Source of the DNA: Ktedonobacterales bacterium
GTDB lineage: Bacteria > Chloroflexota > Ktedonobacteria > Ktedonobacterales > JADMIN01
NCBI GenBank assembly: GCA_030167145.1
Contig: CP126532.1
Coordinates: 2,040,001-2,072,000 of the forward strand
Direction of reading: 5' to 3'
DNA length: 32,000 bases
Shown: in pieces, positions 1-8,513 of the stretch
Layout: each line of letters opens with the position of its first letter
Position numbering within the stretch: the stretch's first letter is position 1
Position numbers and translations under genes: made by a program
The notes under the pieces: model-generated
Told to the model about the DNA's origin: nothing
What the model saw: the letters and a program-made list of their open reading frames with translations, nothing else
The model's database searches: none

Positions 1-1
1 C

Positions 2-772
2 GGCATCGGCGGCCAGCCGATCATCCTGCGCGACGGCGTGGTGGTCGTGCCGATTCTGGTCGGCGGTGTGAATGATTTTGTCTCGACCAATGGCGGCGCC
101 AGTTGGAGCAAAGTCTACACCATCGCCTCTCTGCCCAACCACATCCCCGCTGGGAGTCTGCGCGGCGTGGACCTGCCCTCCGCCGAGGTGGATGGCGCGG
201 GCCGACTGTACCTGGTCTGGCCGACGTGTCGCTACGAGGCCAACTGTAGCGCCAACGATCTAGAGTTCAGCACCACCCTCGATGGCGTCACCTGGACGCC
301 GGTGCAGCGCATCCCGCTTGACCCTATCGGCAGTGGTGTGGATCATTTCCTGCCCAGTATCGCCGTGGACACGGCGACCAGCGGTAGCACGGCACACCTG
401 GGGGTGGCCTACTACTATTATCCGGTGGCCAACTGCACCGTCTCCACCTGCCAGCTCGACGTGGGCTTTGCCTCCTCCGCCGATGGCGGAGCGACCTGGA
501 GCGCCAGAACGCAACTCGCAGGGCCACTGCACAATACCTGGCTGGCCAACACCACCCAGGGCTACATGGTCGGCGACTACTTCTCCGCCTCGTTCGCTAA
601 GGGCACGGTCTACCCCATCTTCGCCGTGGCGACCGCGCCCAGTGGCAGCACCTTCAACGAGACGATGGTGACGGTGGCGGGTGGCCTCAGTATCCTGGGC
701 GGCACCCTGCCCGCGCGTCGCGATCCCATTCTGGTGAACGCCTCCACGCCACGGCCTACCCGCCTCAACTGA
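2..772 (+). CDS. BNR/Asp-box repeat protein, sialidase-like beta-propeller, C-terminal part (5' end outside window)
   Basis: The frame is open from base 2 (GIGGQPIILRDG precedes the track's GTG at 38), so the 5' end lies upstream of the window. Stop TGA 770-772. Three Asp-box/BNR-like motifs (STNGGASW, TLDGVTW, SADGGATW) are spaced as in sialidase-type propellers. Confidence 0.7.
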   Translation, partial: GIGGQPIILRDGVVVVPILVGGVNDFVSTNGGASWSKVYTIASLPNHIPAGSLRGVDLPSAEVDGAGRLYLVWPTCRYEANCSANDLEFSTTLDGVTWTPVQRIPLDPIGSGVDHFLPSIAVDTATSGSTAHLGVAYYYYPVANCTVSTCQLDVGFASSADGGATWSARTQLAGPLHNTWLANTTQGYMVGDYFSASFAKGTVYPIFAVATAPSGSTFNETMVTVAGGLSILGGTLPARRDPILVNASTPRPTRLN

Positions 773-778
773 TAGCAG

Positions 779-815
779 AGCGGGCACGATAGGTAGCTCA
801 CCCGTCGTGCCCGCT
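779..815. terminator. Candidate bidirectional hairpin terminator between convergent genes
   Basis: Perfect 11-bp inverted repeat AGCGGGCACGA (779-789) / TCGTGCCCGCT (805-815) with a 15-nt loop. It sits in the 79-bp gap between convergent stops at 772 and 852. No clear U-tract on either side. Confidence 0.5.
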
Positions 816-851
816 GTACATGGATACGTGTATCGCCGTTGGCGCTGGCCG

Positions 852-3800
852 CTACTGCACGTTCGCGACTTTCACGTCGTCGAAGTAGTTGGTGCCAGCG
901 ACTTCGTTGACCAGGATGAGTTGCGCGTAGGCGGTGCTGGTGGAGAGATCGCCGTCTACGCTGGCGATGGATGTGCCGTTGAGCCACACCTCCGCATGCC
1001 CCGCCGTGACTTCGTTCACCTCGATCTCCAGCGTATACCAGGTATCGGGGGCGATCACGTTGCCGTTGCTATAGAGGTCGTAGCGGGCACGCGCGCCGTT
1101 CCAGACGTAGACATCCAACCCCTGGCGGCCCGCGTCGTAGACGATGGCCCACATCAGGTTGCCGTTCGCGTCTTTCCCCTGCGCCAGCGTGGAGGTTGCG
1201 GTCGCGGGACTGGCTACGCGGAAGGCGAAGCTGGTGTACGTCAGCGCCTCGCCGCCGCCAATCAACCCCGCCGAGAGCGAGATGTACTGGCCGCTGGCGT
1301 TGGTGAGCGCCGCCGCGTAGCTCCCTGTATGAGTCACGGTCGCTTGCGCGCTCGCCAGGCCCGACCCGGATGGCGCACTCCACTGCGAGAGATTACCGCT
1401 CTCGAAGCCATCGGAGAAGTAGACGCCGTTGGATGGCGGCGGCGGTGGTGGCGGCGTGACCCCCGTGCCACTCAGGCTAATCGTCTGCGTTCCACCGGGC
1501 GCGTTATCGTTGATGCTGAGTGTGGCGCTGCGCGATCCACTGGCGCTGGGCGCGAAGCTCACGGCGATGGCACATGTAGCGCCCGGCGCTACCGTCGCTC
1601 CGGCGCAGGTGTCGCTCACCCTGGCGAAATCGCCTGCATTGGCGCCGGTGATGGTCGTCGAAGAGATGATCAGCGGCATGGTGCCGTTGTTGGTCAGCGT
1701 CACCGTCTGCGCTGCGCTGGTCGAGCCGGTGTTCTGGTTGCCAAAGCTCAGGCTGGTCGGATTCGGGTTTGCGCCCGGCACCGGATAGCCACCGCCTACT
1801 GGGCCATTGTACTTGTTGCTGATCTGCACGTCGTCGAAATAGGTTGTGCCCGCGACTTCGTTGATCAGCGTCAGTTGCGCGTAGCCCTGGGTGACGGAGA
1901 GATCACCGTCCACATGGTCAATGGAGGCGCCGTTGAGCCAGATCTCGGCGTGTCCGGTCGTCTGCTCGTTGTCCTCGATCTCCAGGCCGTACCACGTATC
2001 GGGCGTGACCAGATTCGTGGCGCTATAGAGGTCGTAGCGTGCGCGCGCGCCGTTCCAGAAGTAGGCGTCTATGCCGTGGCGTCCGGCGTCGTAGACGACG
2101 ACCCAGAGCAGATTGCCATCCTGGTCGCGTCCCTGGGCCAGCGTCGTCGTCGCAGTCGCCGGGCTGGCCACGCGGAAGTAGAAGCGCGTATAGGTCAGCG
2201 TTTCGCCGCCGCCGATCAGCGCGCCTGTCAGGTCCACATACTGCCCGCTGGCATTGGCCAGCGCCAGCGCGGAGGTGCCGCTATTCACGACGGTAGATTG
2301 CGCGCTCGCCTGCCCTGGTCCGGCTGGACTGCTCCACGAGGTCAGGCCGCTCTCGAAGCCATCCGAGAAGTAGATGCCATTCGCGGGCGGAGGCGGGAAG
2401 ACCCCCGTGCCGCTCAGCGCCACCGTCTGCGTACCGCTGGGCGCGCTATCGCTAATGCTGAGTGTGGCTGTGCGCACGCCGGAGCCACCCGGCGAGAACG
2501 TCACGTTGATGGCGCAGGAGGCGCCCACGGCCAGTGAGGTTGGACAGGTGTTGGTCTGCGCGAACTCCGTCGCGTTCGTGCCAGAGATGGTGGCGCTATT
2601 CACGGTCATTGGCGCGGTGCCAGTATTGCTCAGCGTCACGGCAATTGGCGCGCTGGTCGTATGCACATTCTGGTTGCTGAACGTCACACTCGTGGGATTC
2701 ACGCTGGCGGCTGGGCCAGGATAACTGCCGCCGACCGGGCCGTTATAAGCGTTGCTCACCTTGACATCGTCGTAGTAGACCGTGCCCGCCGTCTCGTTCC
2801 AGAGGGTGAGCGTATTGAACGGCGTGCTGGTGGAGAGGTCGCCATCCATATGCACGATGGATGCGCCGTTGAGCCACACCTCGCCATGGCCGGTGCTCTG
2901 CTCGTTCGCCTCCACCTCTATCCCGTACCAGGCGTCAGGCGCGACGATGTTCGTGGCGCTATAGAGGTCGGTGCGGGTGCGCGCGCCGTTCCAGAAGTAG
3001 GCGTCTATGCCGTGGCGTCCGGCGTCGTAGACCACCGCCCACATGACATTATTGTTCGCGTCGCGCCCCTGGGCCAGCGTCGTCGTCGCCCCTGGACTCG
3101 CGATGCGGAAGTAGAGCCGTGTATAAGTGAGCGCCTGTGCCCCACCGGCGAGTGGCGCGGTCAGATCTACGTATTGCCCGCTGGCGTTGGTCAGCGACGC
3201 GGCGAACGAGCCACTATTGACGATGGTGGACTCTGCCGTGCCCTGCCCGGTGCCGAATGGTCCGCTCCACTGCGTCATGTTGCCGCTCTCAAAGCCATCC
3301 ACCAGATACGTGCCGGGTGGTGGTGGCGGCGGCGGTGGTGGTGGCGTGCTGCCGATGAAGTTGTAGAGGATGTTCAGCGTCATCTGCTTGATGCCCGCGT
3401 TGGCTGTGGTCCTGCCGCCGTAGTTATCGAGGCCCCAACTCCATTCGATGGTGCCCGCCGCGAAGACCTGCGCGCCACTAGGCGCGGTGTAGATGCTGGA
3501 GTTTGCAGTGGAGTTTCCGACCTCCTGCCCAGTGACGGGCGAAGTCGAGAGTATCGTCAGCCCGGCGGGTGTCTGCCCATTGGACCAGACGCGGTCATAT
3601 TCGTAGCCGACGATGCCCGGCACATGCGTGCCATTGGTGAAGCCGGTGTTGGCGTAGACCCAGTTCGAGGCGTTCTGCACCACATAGTCCGCCGACGCCG
3701 TGGAAAGCTGGTCCTGATACATCACACCGATCAGCGCGTTCTCCGGCTGATTCACTACTGGATCGCGCCAGTTCGTCGTGACGATGGAATTGTTCACGCC

Positions 3801-4883
3801 CCACTGCGGATCGGGCCCGGGCGGCGTGGTGTCGGTCGCGTAATCTTTGTAGCCCACCTGCACACGGTCTGGCACGCCCGCGCCATTCGGCTCAAAGCGA
3901 ATCTGCCAGTACATGGCGTTGGCCGAGAAGAACGCGACATTCACGCCCGCGTTGATCGCGTTTTGCAGATTGGTGCGCATCGCCCGCGACCAGTATTCAT
4001 CGTGGCCGACTGAGAGGAATGCCTTGTGATTGGTCAATGGGTTGGTGTTGAGGTCGGTATCCACGTCAGTGGTATAGGTCAGGTCCAGCCCCTGCGACTC
4101 GGCCCAGCGGACCATGGGATACTCGAACCAAAAGTAGTGCCCTGCGCCGTTGCTGTCGCCGGGATTGAAGGGGCGGTCGAACGAGACCTTGGTGGCGTGC
4201 GGGCCGCTGAAGATCGAGCCATTGGTCAAGTTGTTATAGAGGCTGGTGCCGCCCCAGGTGTTATACGCCTCGTAGGTGGTTACGCTGGTCTGGAAGTCAA
4301 TGGCTTCGTGGCCGCCATCGTCGCGCACCACGAAGAAGATGAAACTCTTGTCGCCATTCGAGTCGGTCAGCTTGGCCAGGTACGCGCCTGAAGTCCAGGT
4401 TGCTGGCACGGTCAGCGTGGCGGTCTTGTTCCAGTTGCAGGCCACGATTCCCGTCACTTTGTCAGGATTCGGGATCGCCTGATGCTGGCCTGGAAACGTG
4501 CCCAGCGACGTCATCTTGCGCGCGCCCACCCCGCCATACCAGCCCGTGCGGTAAATATCAATCGTCACGCTGGCGGAGGTGGTGGTCACGTAGAAGTCAA
4601 TCGAATCGCCATGATTGATGCTGATGCGTGAACCATACCCCGAAAGCGCGTCCGGCTGGAGATTGGCGGTGAAGTCATTCCAGGAGGGATCGCCGGGGTA
4701 GGTGTTCTCGATCTGAATCGCGTTCGGCGCGTCGGCGTGCGCCACGGATTGCGCGAACGGCGTCGAGCGCGGCAGCGCGACAATCGCGGCGAGCTGCAGG
4801 ACGAGGACCGCGACACCGCTCAAGAGCAGTCGTGGTAGCCCACCCGAACGTTTCGAGCGATGGCGGGAAGAAGATGCAAGCAT
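852..4883 (-). CDS. Large secreted multidomain protein: N,N-dimethylformamidase beta-subunit-like domain plus three LamG-like modules and two Ig-like (choice-of-anchor D-like) domains
   Basis: The track ORF is 852..4937 (GTG). I prefer ATG 4883, which has GAGG 9 nt upstream. That start gives a signal-peptide-like N-terminus: MLASSSRHRSKRSGG, hydrophobic core LLLSGVAVLVLQLAAIVAL, then AHA/DAP. The first ~450 aa carry motifs I associate with the DMFase beta-subunit-like family (ENTYPGDPSW, IYRTGWYGGVGAR, FFVVRDD, TYEAYNTWGG, GHDEYWS). A Pro10 linker follows, then three tandem modules. Stop TAG 852-854. Confidence 0.85.
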   Translation of the reverse strand: MLASSSRHRSKRSGGLPRLLLSGVAVLVLQLAAIVALPRSTPFAQSVAHADAPNAIQIENTYPGDPSWNDFTANLQPDALSGYGSRISINHGDSIDFYVTTTSASVTIDIYRTGWYGGVGARKMTSLGTFPGQHQAIPNPDKVTGIVACNWNKTATLTVPATWTSGAYLAKLTDSNGDKSFIFFVVRDDGGHEAIDFQTSVTTYEAYNTWGGTSLYNNLTNGSIFSGPHATKVSFDRPFNPGDSNGAGHYFWFEYPMVRWAESQGLDLTYTTDVDTDLNTNPLTNHKAFLSVGHDEYWSRAMRTNLQNAINAGVNVAFFSANAMYWQIRFEPNGAGVPDRVQVGYKDYATDTTPPGPDPQWGVNNSIVTTNWRDPVVNQPENALIGVMYQDQLSTASADYVVQNASNWVYANTGFTNGTHVPGIVGYEYDRVWSNGQTPAGLTILSTSPVTGQEVGNSTANSSIYTAPSGAQVFAAGTIEWSWGLDNYGGRTTANAGIKQMTLNILYNFIGSTPPPPPPPPPPGTYLVDGFESGNMTQWSGPFGTGQGTAESTIVNSGSFAASLTNASGQYVDLTAPLAGGAQALTYTRLYFRIASPGATTTLAQGRDANNNVMWAVVYDAGRHGIDAYFWNGARTRTDLYSATNIVAPDAWYGIEVEANEQSTGHGEVWLNGASIVHMDGDLSTSTPFNTLTLWNETAGTVYYDDVKVSNAYNGPVGGSYPGPAASVNPTSVTFSNQNVHTTSAPIAVTLSNTGTAPMTVNSATISGTNATEFAQTNTCPTSLAVGASCAINVTFSPGGSGVRTATLSISDSAPSGTQTVALSGTGVFPPPPANGIYFSDGFESGLTSWSSPAGPGQASAQSTVVNSGTSALALANASGQYVDLTGALIGGGETLTYTRFYFRVASPATATTTLAQGRDQDGNLLWVVVYDAGRHGIDAYFWNGARARYDLYSATNLVTPDTWYGLEIEDNEQTTGHAEIWLNGASIDHVDGDLSVTQGYAQLTLINEVAGTTYFDDVQISNKYNGPVGGGYPVPGANPNPTSLSFGNQNTGSTSAAQTVTLTNNGTMPLIISSTTITGANAGDFARVSDTCAGATVAPGATCAIAVSFAPSASGSRSATLSINDNAPGGTQTISLSGTGVTPPPPPPPSNGVYFSDGFESGNLSQWSAPSGSGLASAQATVTHTGSYAAALTNASGQYISLSAGLIGGGEALTYTSFAFRVASPATATSTLAQGKDANGNLMWAIVYDAGRQGLDVYVWNGARARYDLYSNGNVIAPDTWYTLEIEVNEVTAGHAEVWLNGTSIASVDGDLSTSTAYAQLILVNEVAGTNYFDDVKVANVQ
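855..1433 (-). repeat. Intragenic protein-module repeat 3 (LamG-like domain only)
   Basis: Begins SNGVYFSDGFESGNLSQW and ends YFDDVKVANVQ followed by the stop. It is colinear with the LamG-like halves of modules 1 and 2. Confidence 0.8.
1434..2384 (-). repeat. Intragenic protein-module repeat 2 (same two-domain order)
   Basis: Begins ANGIYFSDGFESGLTSW. It shares long identical runs with module 1 (TLAQGRD, VVYDAGRHGIDAYFWNGAR, NASGQYVDLT, NGPVGG). It ends with the Pro7 tract 1434-1454. Protein identity is roughly two thirds by eye. Confidence 0.8.
2385..3314 (-). repeat. Intragenic protein-module repeat 1 (LamG/concanavalin-like plus Ig-like choice-of-anchor-D-like domain)
   Basis: Begins GTYLVDGFESGNMTQW. 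The Ig-like part reads NPTSVTFSNQNV...TLSNTGTAPMTVNS...VTFSPGGSGVRTATLSISD...VALSGTG. It is bounded by the Pro10 tract (3315-3344) and includes the Pro4 tract (2385-2396). Confidence 0.8.
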
Positions 4884-5107
4884 AACAAGTGCCTCGTCCA
4901 CAGATGAATGTCCGTACACGTCCACATGGACGCACACGACTACCGTAGGGGCGCGCGGCCCCTTCTTACCAGCGTATCACCGCTCACCAGGAGCGCCGGT
5001 GTTGGCGCGGTTGAGAGCTGGTGTATTTCTGGTGGAGAACGGTGTACGTTGTGCTGACGCCTACACCAGCGTCGGCCCACGTCGCACCATTCTCCGTCCA
5101 AACGGAC

Positions 5108-6439
5108 TCAGCGCACCTCGACGATGCGCAGAAAGAAATCTTGAATCGTCACCGAATCAATGTCGCCGGTGATGGAGAGCGCCGCGCGATGCCCATCCGG
5201 CCACAGCCCGAAGCGCAGCAGCGGCTCCGGCGTCGCTTCGATGCGCTGCACCAGCTCGCTGCGCAGCCGCGCCTGCTCGTGACGCGACGTGCCTAGCCCG
5301 TCGGGGATGTCCAGATACAGGGCGTAGCTCTCCGCGTCTTCACGCGAGCAGACGACATATGGATAGCCCTGCTCGCGCAGGAATGTCAGCACGTCCATAG
5401 GGGAATCGGGCGAGACTCCCACGCACGGGCGGCGCGAGGCGCGCACCGCGAAGCGGCGCGCATGCACGCGCTGGTCCGCGCCGCTCCACTCTGAGACTGG
5501 CTTATCGAGCACGTCCAGGTTGCGCGCCAGAATCGTCGTCCGCGCGGAGCAATCCGCGCTCACCTGCCAGTAGCCAGCGGTGATCGGCTTGATCGTCATG
5601 CGGAAGCGCTGGCGCTCGCGCCACCACTCCGCCACGTTCGCAAGCGGTGAGATCCACACGGGAAACGCCTTCTCACGCGCGCACGAGAGCAGTTGGCTCA
5701 GCGCCTGGCGGCAGAGCACGCCGCGCTCAGGATGCAGATTGAGCACGTAGATGCCGCCGAGGTCATAGACCTGCCGCAACACCGCGCACCAGATGCGCCC
5801 CACCTGGGCTGCATCGGTCAACCGCAGCCGATCAAAGAGCATCTCGTCGTCGGGGATGCTGGTGGGGATACGCACTAGGTCGCCCTCGAAATGGGGGCGC
5901 AGCGCATAGGCCGAGCAGCTCGTCGCCTGGAATAGCCGTAGTGACTTCTCGAATCCACCGCGCAGGTATTCGGGGATCGTGTCGAGGTCCACCACCTCGT
6001 GCAGCACGGCCTCGTTGCTGTCATAGGTGAAGCCAAGCTGCTCGAAGACGCGCACCGACTCATCGGTCCAGCCGAGATACGGGTTGCGGAAGCCCTGATA
6101 CGGTAGCGCTGACTCTTGAAATATCGAAATGGCGCGTTCGGTCTGCTTATACTGATCGAGGTATGCCAGCGAGCGATAGTCGTTATGGACGTAGCCATGC
6201 ACGCCGATTTCCGCACCGGAGCCAGCGATCTCGCGCAGCAGGTCTGGGTGGCGACCCAGCACTGTCGCCGGGATGAAGAAGGTGGGCGCGCTATCATACT
6301 CACCCAGGCAGCCTACTATTGTCTGCAATGCGCGCCGGGTCCGCCCCTCAGAGAAGCCGAACCGTGTGAAGACGGTCCAGAGGCGGCGCGCGAAATTGCT
6401 CTTGCCCTTGGTGCGGATCGAGAAGGCGACGAGATTCAT
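5108..6439 (-). CDS. Polysaccharide deacetylase family protein (NodB-like N-terminal half, unknown C-terminal half)
   Basis: 443-aa ORF. ATG 6439 overlaps the upstream stop (ATGA at 6436-6439). Motif order resembles carbohydrate esterase 4 type deacetylases: PTFFIPATVL, GAEIGVHGYVHNDY, YQGFRNPYLGW. Confidence 0.75.
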   Translation of the reverse strand: MNLVAFSIRTKGKSNFARRLWTVFTRFGFSEGRTRRALQTIVGCLGEYDSAPTFFIPATVLGRHPDLLREIAGSGAEIGVHGYVHNDYRSLAYLDQYKQTERAISIFQESALPYQGFRNPYLGWTDESVRVFEQLGFTYDSNEAVLHEVVDLDTIPEYLRGGFEKSLRLFQATSCSAYALRPHFEGDLVRIPTSIPDDEMLFDRLRLTDAAQVGRIWCAVLRQVYDLGGIYVLNLHPERGVLCRQALSQLLSCAREKAFPVWISPLANVAEWWRERQRFRMTIKPITAGYWQVSADCSARTTILARNLDVLDKPVSEWSGADQRVHARRFAVRASRRPCVGVSPDSPMDVLTFLREQGYPYVVCSREDAESYALYLDIPDGLGTSRHEQARLRSELVQRIEATPEPLLRFGLWPDGHRAALSITGDIDSVTIQDFFLRIVEVR

Positions 6440-7527
6440 AGCGATACCTCTTGGCCGTGGAGTTCGAGCGAGCGCTGGATGGCGCAGAGCGTCTGGGTGA
6501 TCGGCAGGCTCCAGACGCCATCACTCAGTGGGGTGCTGCCGGTGCGGATGCAGTTGGCGAAATGCTCGCAGGAGACGCGCAGTGGCTCGGCGAGGGAAAT
6601 GGAGGGAATAACGATCTCGCCGTTGCGATACGAAAGCTGGAACTCCTCAAACGTAGTCGCATGGGGTGGGCGATCCACGCCGCGATTGTAGATGCGCAGC
6701 TTATCCTGAGGCTCCACGTCGTCGTAGATCGCCATGCGCCGGTCGCCAACCACGGTGAAGCGCCGCACCTTCGAGGGGTGCAGCCAGCTCAGGTGTAGAT
6801 GCGCCACCAGCCCATCGGCATAGCGCAAGTGGACATACGCCAGATCTTCGACACCCGGCTGAATATGCGCCGAGCCATCGGCGCGCACGCTCACCGGGTC
6901 GGCGTCCAGCAGATAGCGCAGCATCGCCAAATCATGCGGCGCGAGATCCCACACCACATTCACGTCGCGATGGAACAGCCCCAGATTCAGCCGCTGCGCG
7001 TCTATATAGAAGAGCTTGCCGAGCTGGCCGCCCGTCAGCAATTGGCGCAGCTCTTGGACGGTGCGGTGATAGAGGAAGGTGTAGCCAACCATCAGCGCGA
7101 GGTTGCGCTCAGCGGCGAGCGCCACCAATTCCTCAACCTCTTCGACACGTGGCGCGAGTGGCTTCTCGACGAAGACGTGTTTGCCTGCCAGCAGCGCCGC
7201 CTTGGCAAGGGGGTAGTGCGAGTGGACGGGCGTGGCGATAATGACCGCGTCAATGTCGCTGCTGAAAAGATCGTCGGCTCGCGGGGTGCAGGTGACGTGG
7301 GCGTATTGCGCCTGCACCTGCGCCAGCCGCTCGGCGTCCAGGTCGGCGACATAGCGCACGCTGCTGTCTGGCAACGCGCCCAGGTTTCGCACCAGATGTG
7401 GCCCCCAGTAGCCATAGCCGATCACACCGAACGAGAGCGGCTTCACGCGCGGCTTCACCGCCACCTGCTGCCCGCTCTCCTCGTCATGTTCCGGCGCTAC
7501 CGCCTCGAATGTTCTACTCGCGCTCAC
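6436..7527 (-). CDS. Gfo/Idh/MocA family NAD(P)-dependent (nucleotide-)sugar oxidoreductase
   Basis: Rossmann motif FGVIGYGYWGPHLVRNL and VFVEKPLAP motif. The track start TTG 7545 lies inside a GGGAGGGG SD. GTG 7527, 8 nt downstream of that SD, is the likelier start. The stop overlaps the deacetylase start. Confidence 0.85.
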   Translation of the reverse strand: MSASRTFEAVAPEHDEESGQQVAVKPRVKPLSFGVIGYGYWGPHLVRNLGALPDSSVRYVADLDAERLAQVQAQYAHVTCTPRADDLFSSDIDAVIIATPVHSHYPLAKAALLAGKHVFVEKPLAPRVEEVEELVALAAERNLALMVGYTFLYHRTVQELRQLLTGGQLGKLFYIDAQRLNLGLFHRDVNVVWDLAPHDLAMLRYLLDADPVSVRADGSAHIQPGVEDLAYVHLRYADGLVAHLHLSWLHPSKVRRFTVVGDRRMAIYDDVEPQDKLRIYNRGVDRPPHATTFEEFQLSYRNGEIVIPSISLAEPLRVSCEHFANCIRTGSTPLSDGVWSLPITQTLCAIQRSLELHGQEVSL

Positions 7528-7607
7528 CTGTTCTACCCCTCCCAAAAAATCTTGTATTGACGCCGCATGGATGGCGATGCCACATGCGACGCATGTGCCG
7601 GTGTGGG

Positions 7608-8285
7608 CTATGCGCCACCGCTGCCGCGCAGCATCACCGGAACCGTCAGGACGATGAGTTTGATGTCTTCCCTGAGTGATTGGCGCTTGAGATAGCGAAT
7701 ATCCATCTCGACCATCTGCTTGAAGGTGACGCGGCTGCGCCCGTAGACCTGCCAGGGGCCGGTGACGCCGGGCTTGCCTGTCAGCCGGAGCCAGTCGCGC
7801 TGGCGATAGCGCGCGACCTCGTAGGGCAGCGGAGGGCGTGGGCCGACCAGCGACATTTGCCCCGCCAGCACGTTCAAGAACTGGGGCAGTTCGTCAATGC
7901 TGGTCTTGCGAATGAACTTGCCCACCCGTGTAATGCGGGGGTCGTCGGCAATCTTGAAGCGGCCGCCGTTACGGGCGTTGGCATTGAGCGCTTTGCCGCT
8001 CATGAAGCGCTCAACGGCTTTGCGGTGCAGCGTATCGTCGCAGTTGGTGCGCATCGAGCGAAACTTGAGCATCGCGAACTCAACGCCGTTTTCGCCGACG
8101 CGCTTCTGGCGGTAGAAGACTGGTCCGCGTGAATCCAGCACAATTGCGACTGCCACCACCGCCATCACCAGCGCCAGCGGGATCAGAAGCAGCAGCACCA
8201 GGACGATATCAATCACGCGCTTGGCGAGCAAATAGCGCTCGTCGAAATGGATGAGTGGCCGTATGGGCAATGAAACGGCGGCCAT
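7608..8285 (-). CDS. Initiating polyprenyl-phosphate glycosyl-1-phosphate transferase (small bacterial sugar transferase, WbaP-C/EpsL/PglC-like)
   Basis: 225 aa with one N-terminal TM helix ([27 protein letters not shown]). Core motifs: [64 protein letters not shown] 8285 has GAGGAAGGG upstream. Confidence 0.9.
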   Translation of the reverse strand: MAAVSLPIRPLIHFDERYLLAKRVIDIVLVLLLLIPLALVMAVVAVAIVLDSRGPVFYRQKRVGENGVEFAMLKFRSMRTNCDDTLHRKAVERFMSGKALNANARNGGRFKIADDPRITRVGKFIRKTSIDELPQFLNVLAGQMSLVGPRPPLPYEVARYRQRDWLRLTGKPGVTGPWQVYGRSRVTFKQMVEMDIRYLKRQSLREDIKLIVLTVPVMLRGSGGA

Positions 8286-8513
8286 AGATACCCTTCCTCA
8301 CCGGGCAAGTTGTGCCGGGGTAGATTGGATCATTCGCATAGTCGTGAGGAACCGAAAGTGGTCTATGTACGATTATTGGCGATTAGGGTGTACATTCGGT
8401 GAGCATTGGCATGTAGAATCGGGGGAGATGTGGTGATGAAGTGGCAGGCGTGTACAGGCAAACATCATAGCGCGATGAAGGGAGCGGAGATGCCCCCTTC
8501 GTCTGGCACGGCA

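Noticed and set aside
3315-3344. GG-rich tract considered as a G-quadruplex or simple-sequence/CRISPR-like repeat
   Set aside because: It is ten in-frame proline codons of the minus-strand gene. The G runs are mostly GG, not the GGG needed for a canonical G4. There is no repeat-spacer organisation anywhere in the window.
807-4013. Very long plus-strand ORFs (807..2537, 576 aa; 2661..4013, 450 aa) opposite the 1361-aa gene
   Set aside because: Their translations are Arg/Gly/Ala/His-rich with no motifs. They mirror the repeat structure of the minus-strand gene, whose product has clear domains and a signal peptide. These are typical shadow ORFs of high-GC DNA.
4948-4967. GGGGC-GCGCG-GCCCC hairpin followed by TTCTT, looking like a plus-strand terminator
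   Set aside because: No plus-strand gene ends upstream of it. It lies in the leader/promoter region of the minus-strand secreted-protein gene, so it is at most a 5'-leader structure, not a terminator.
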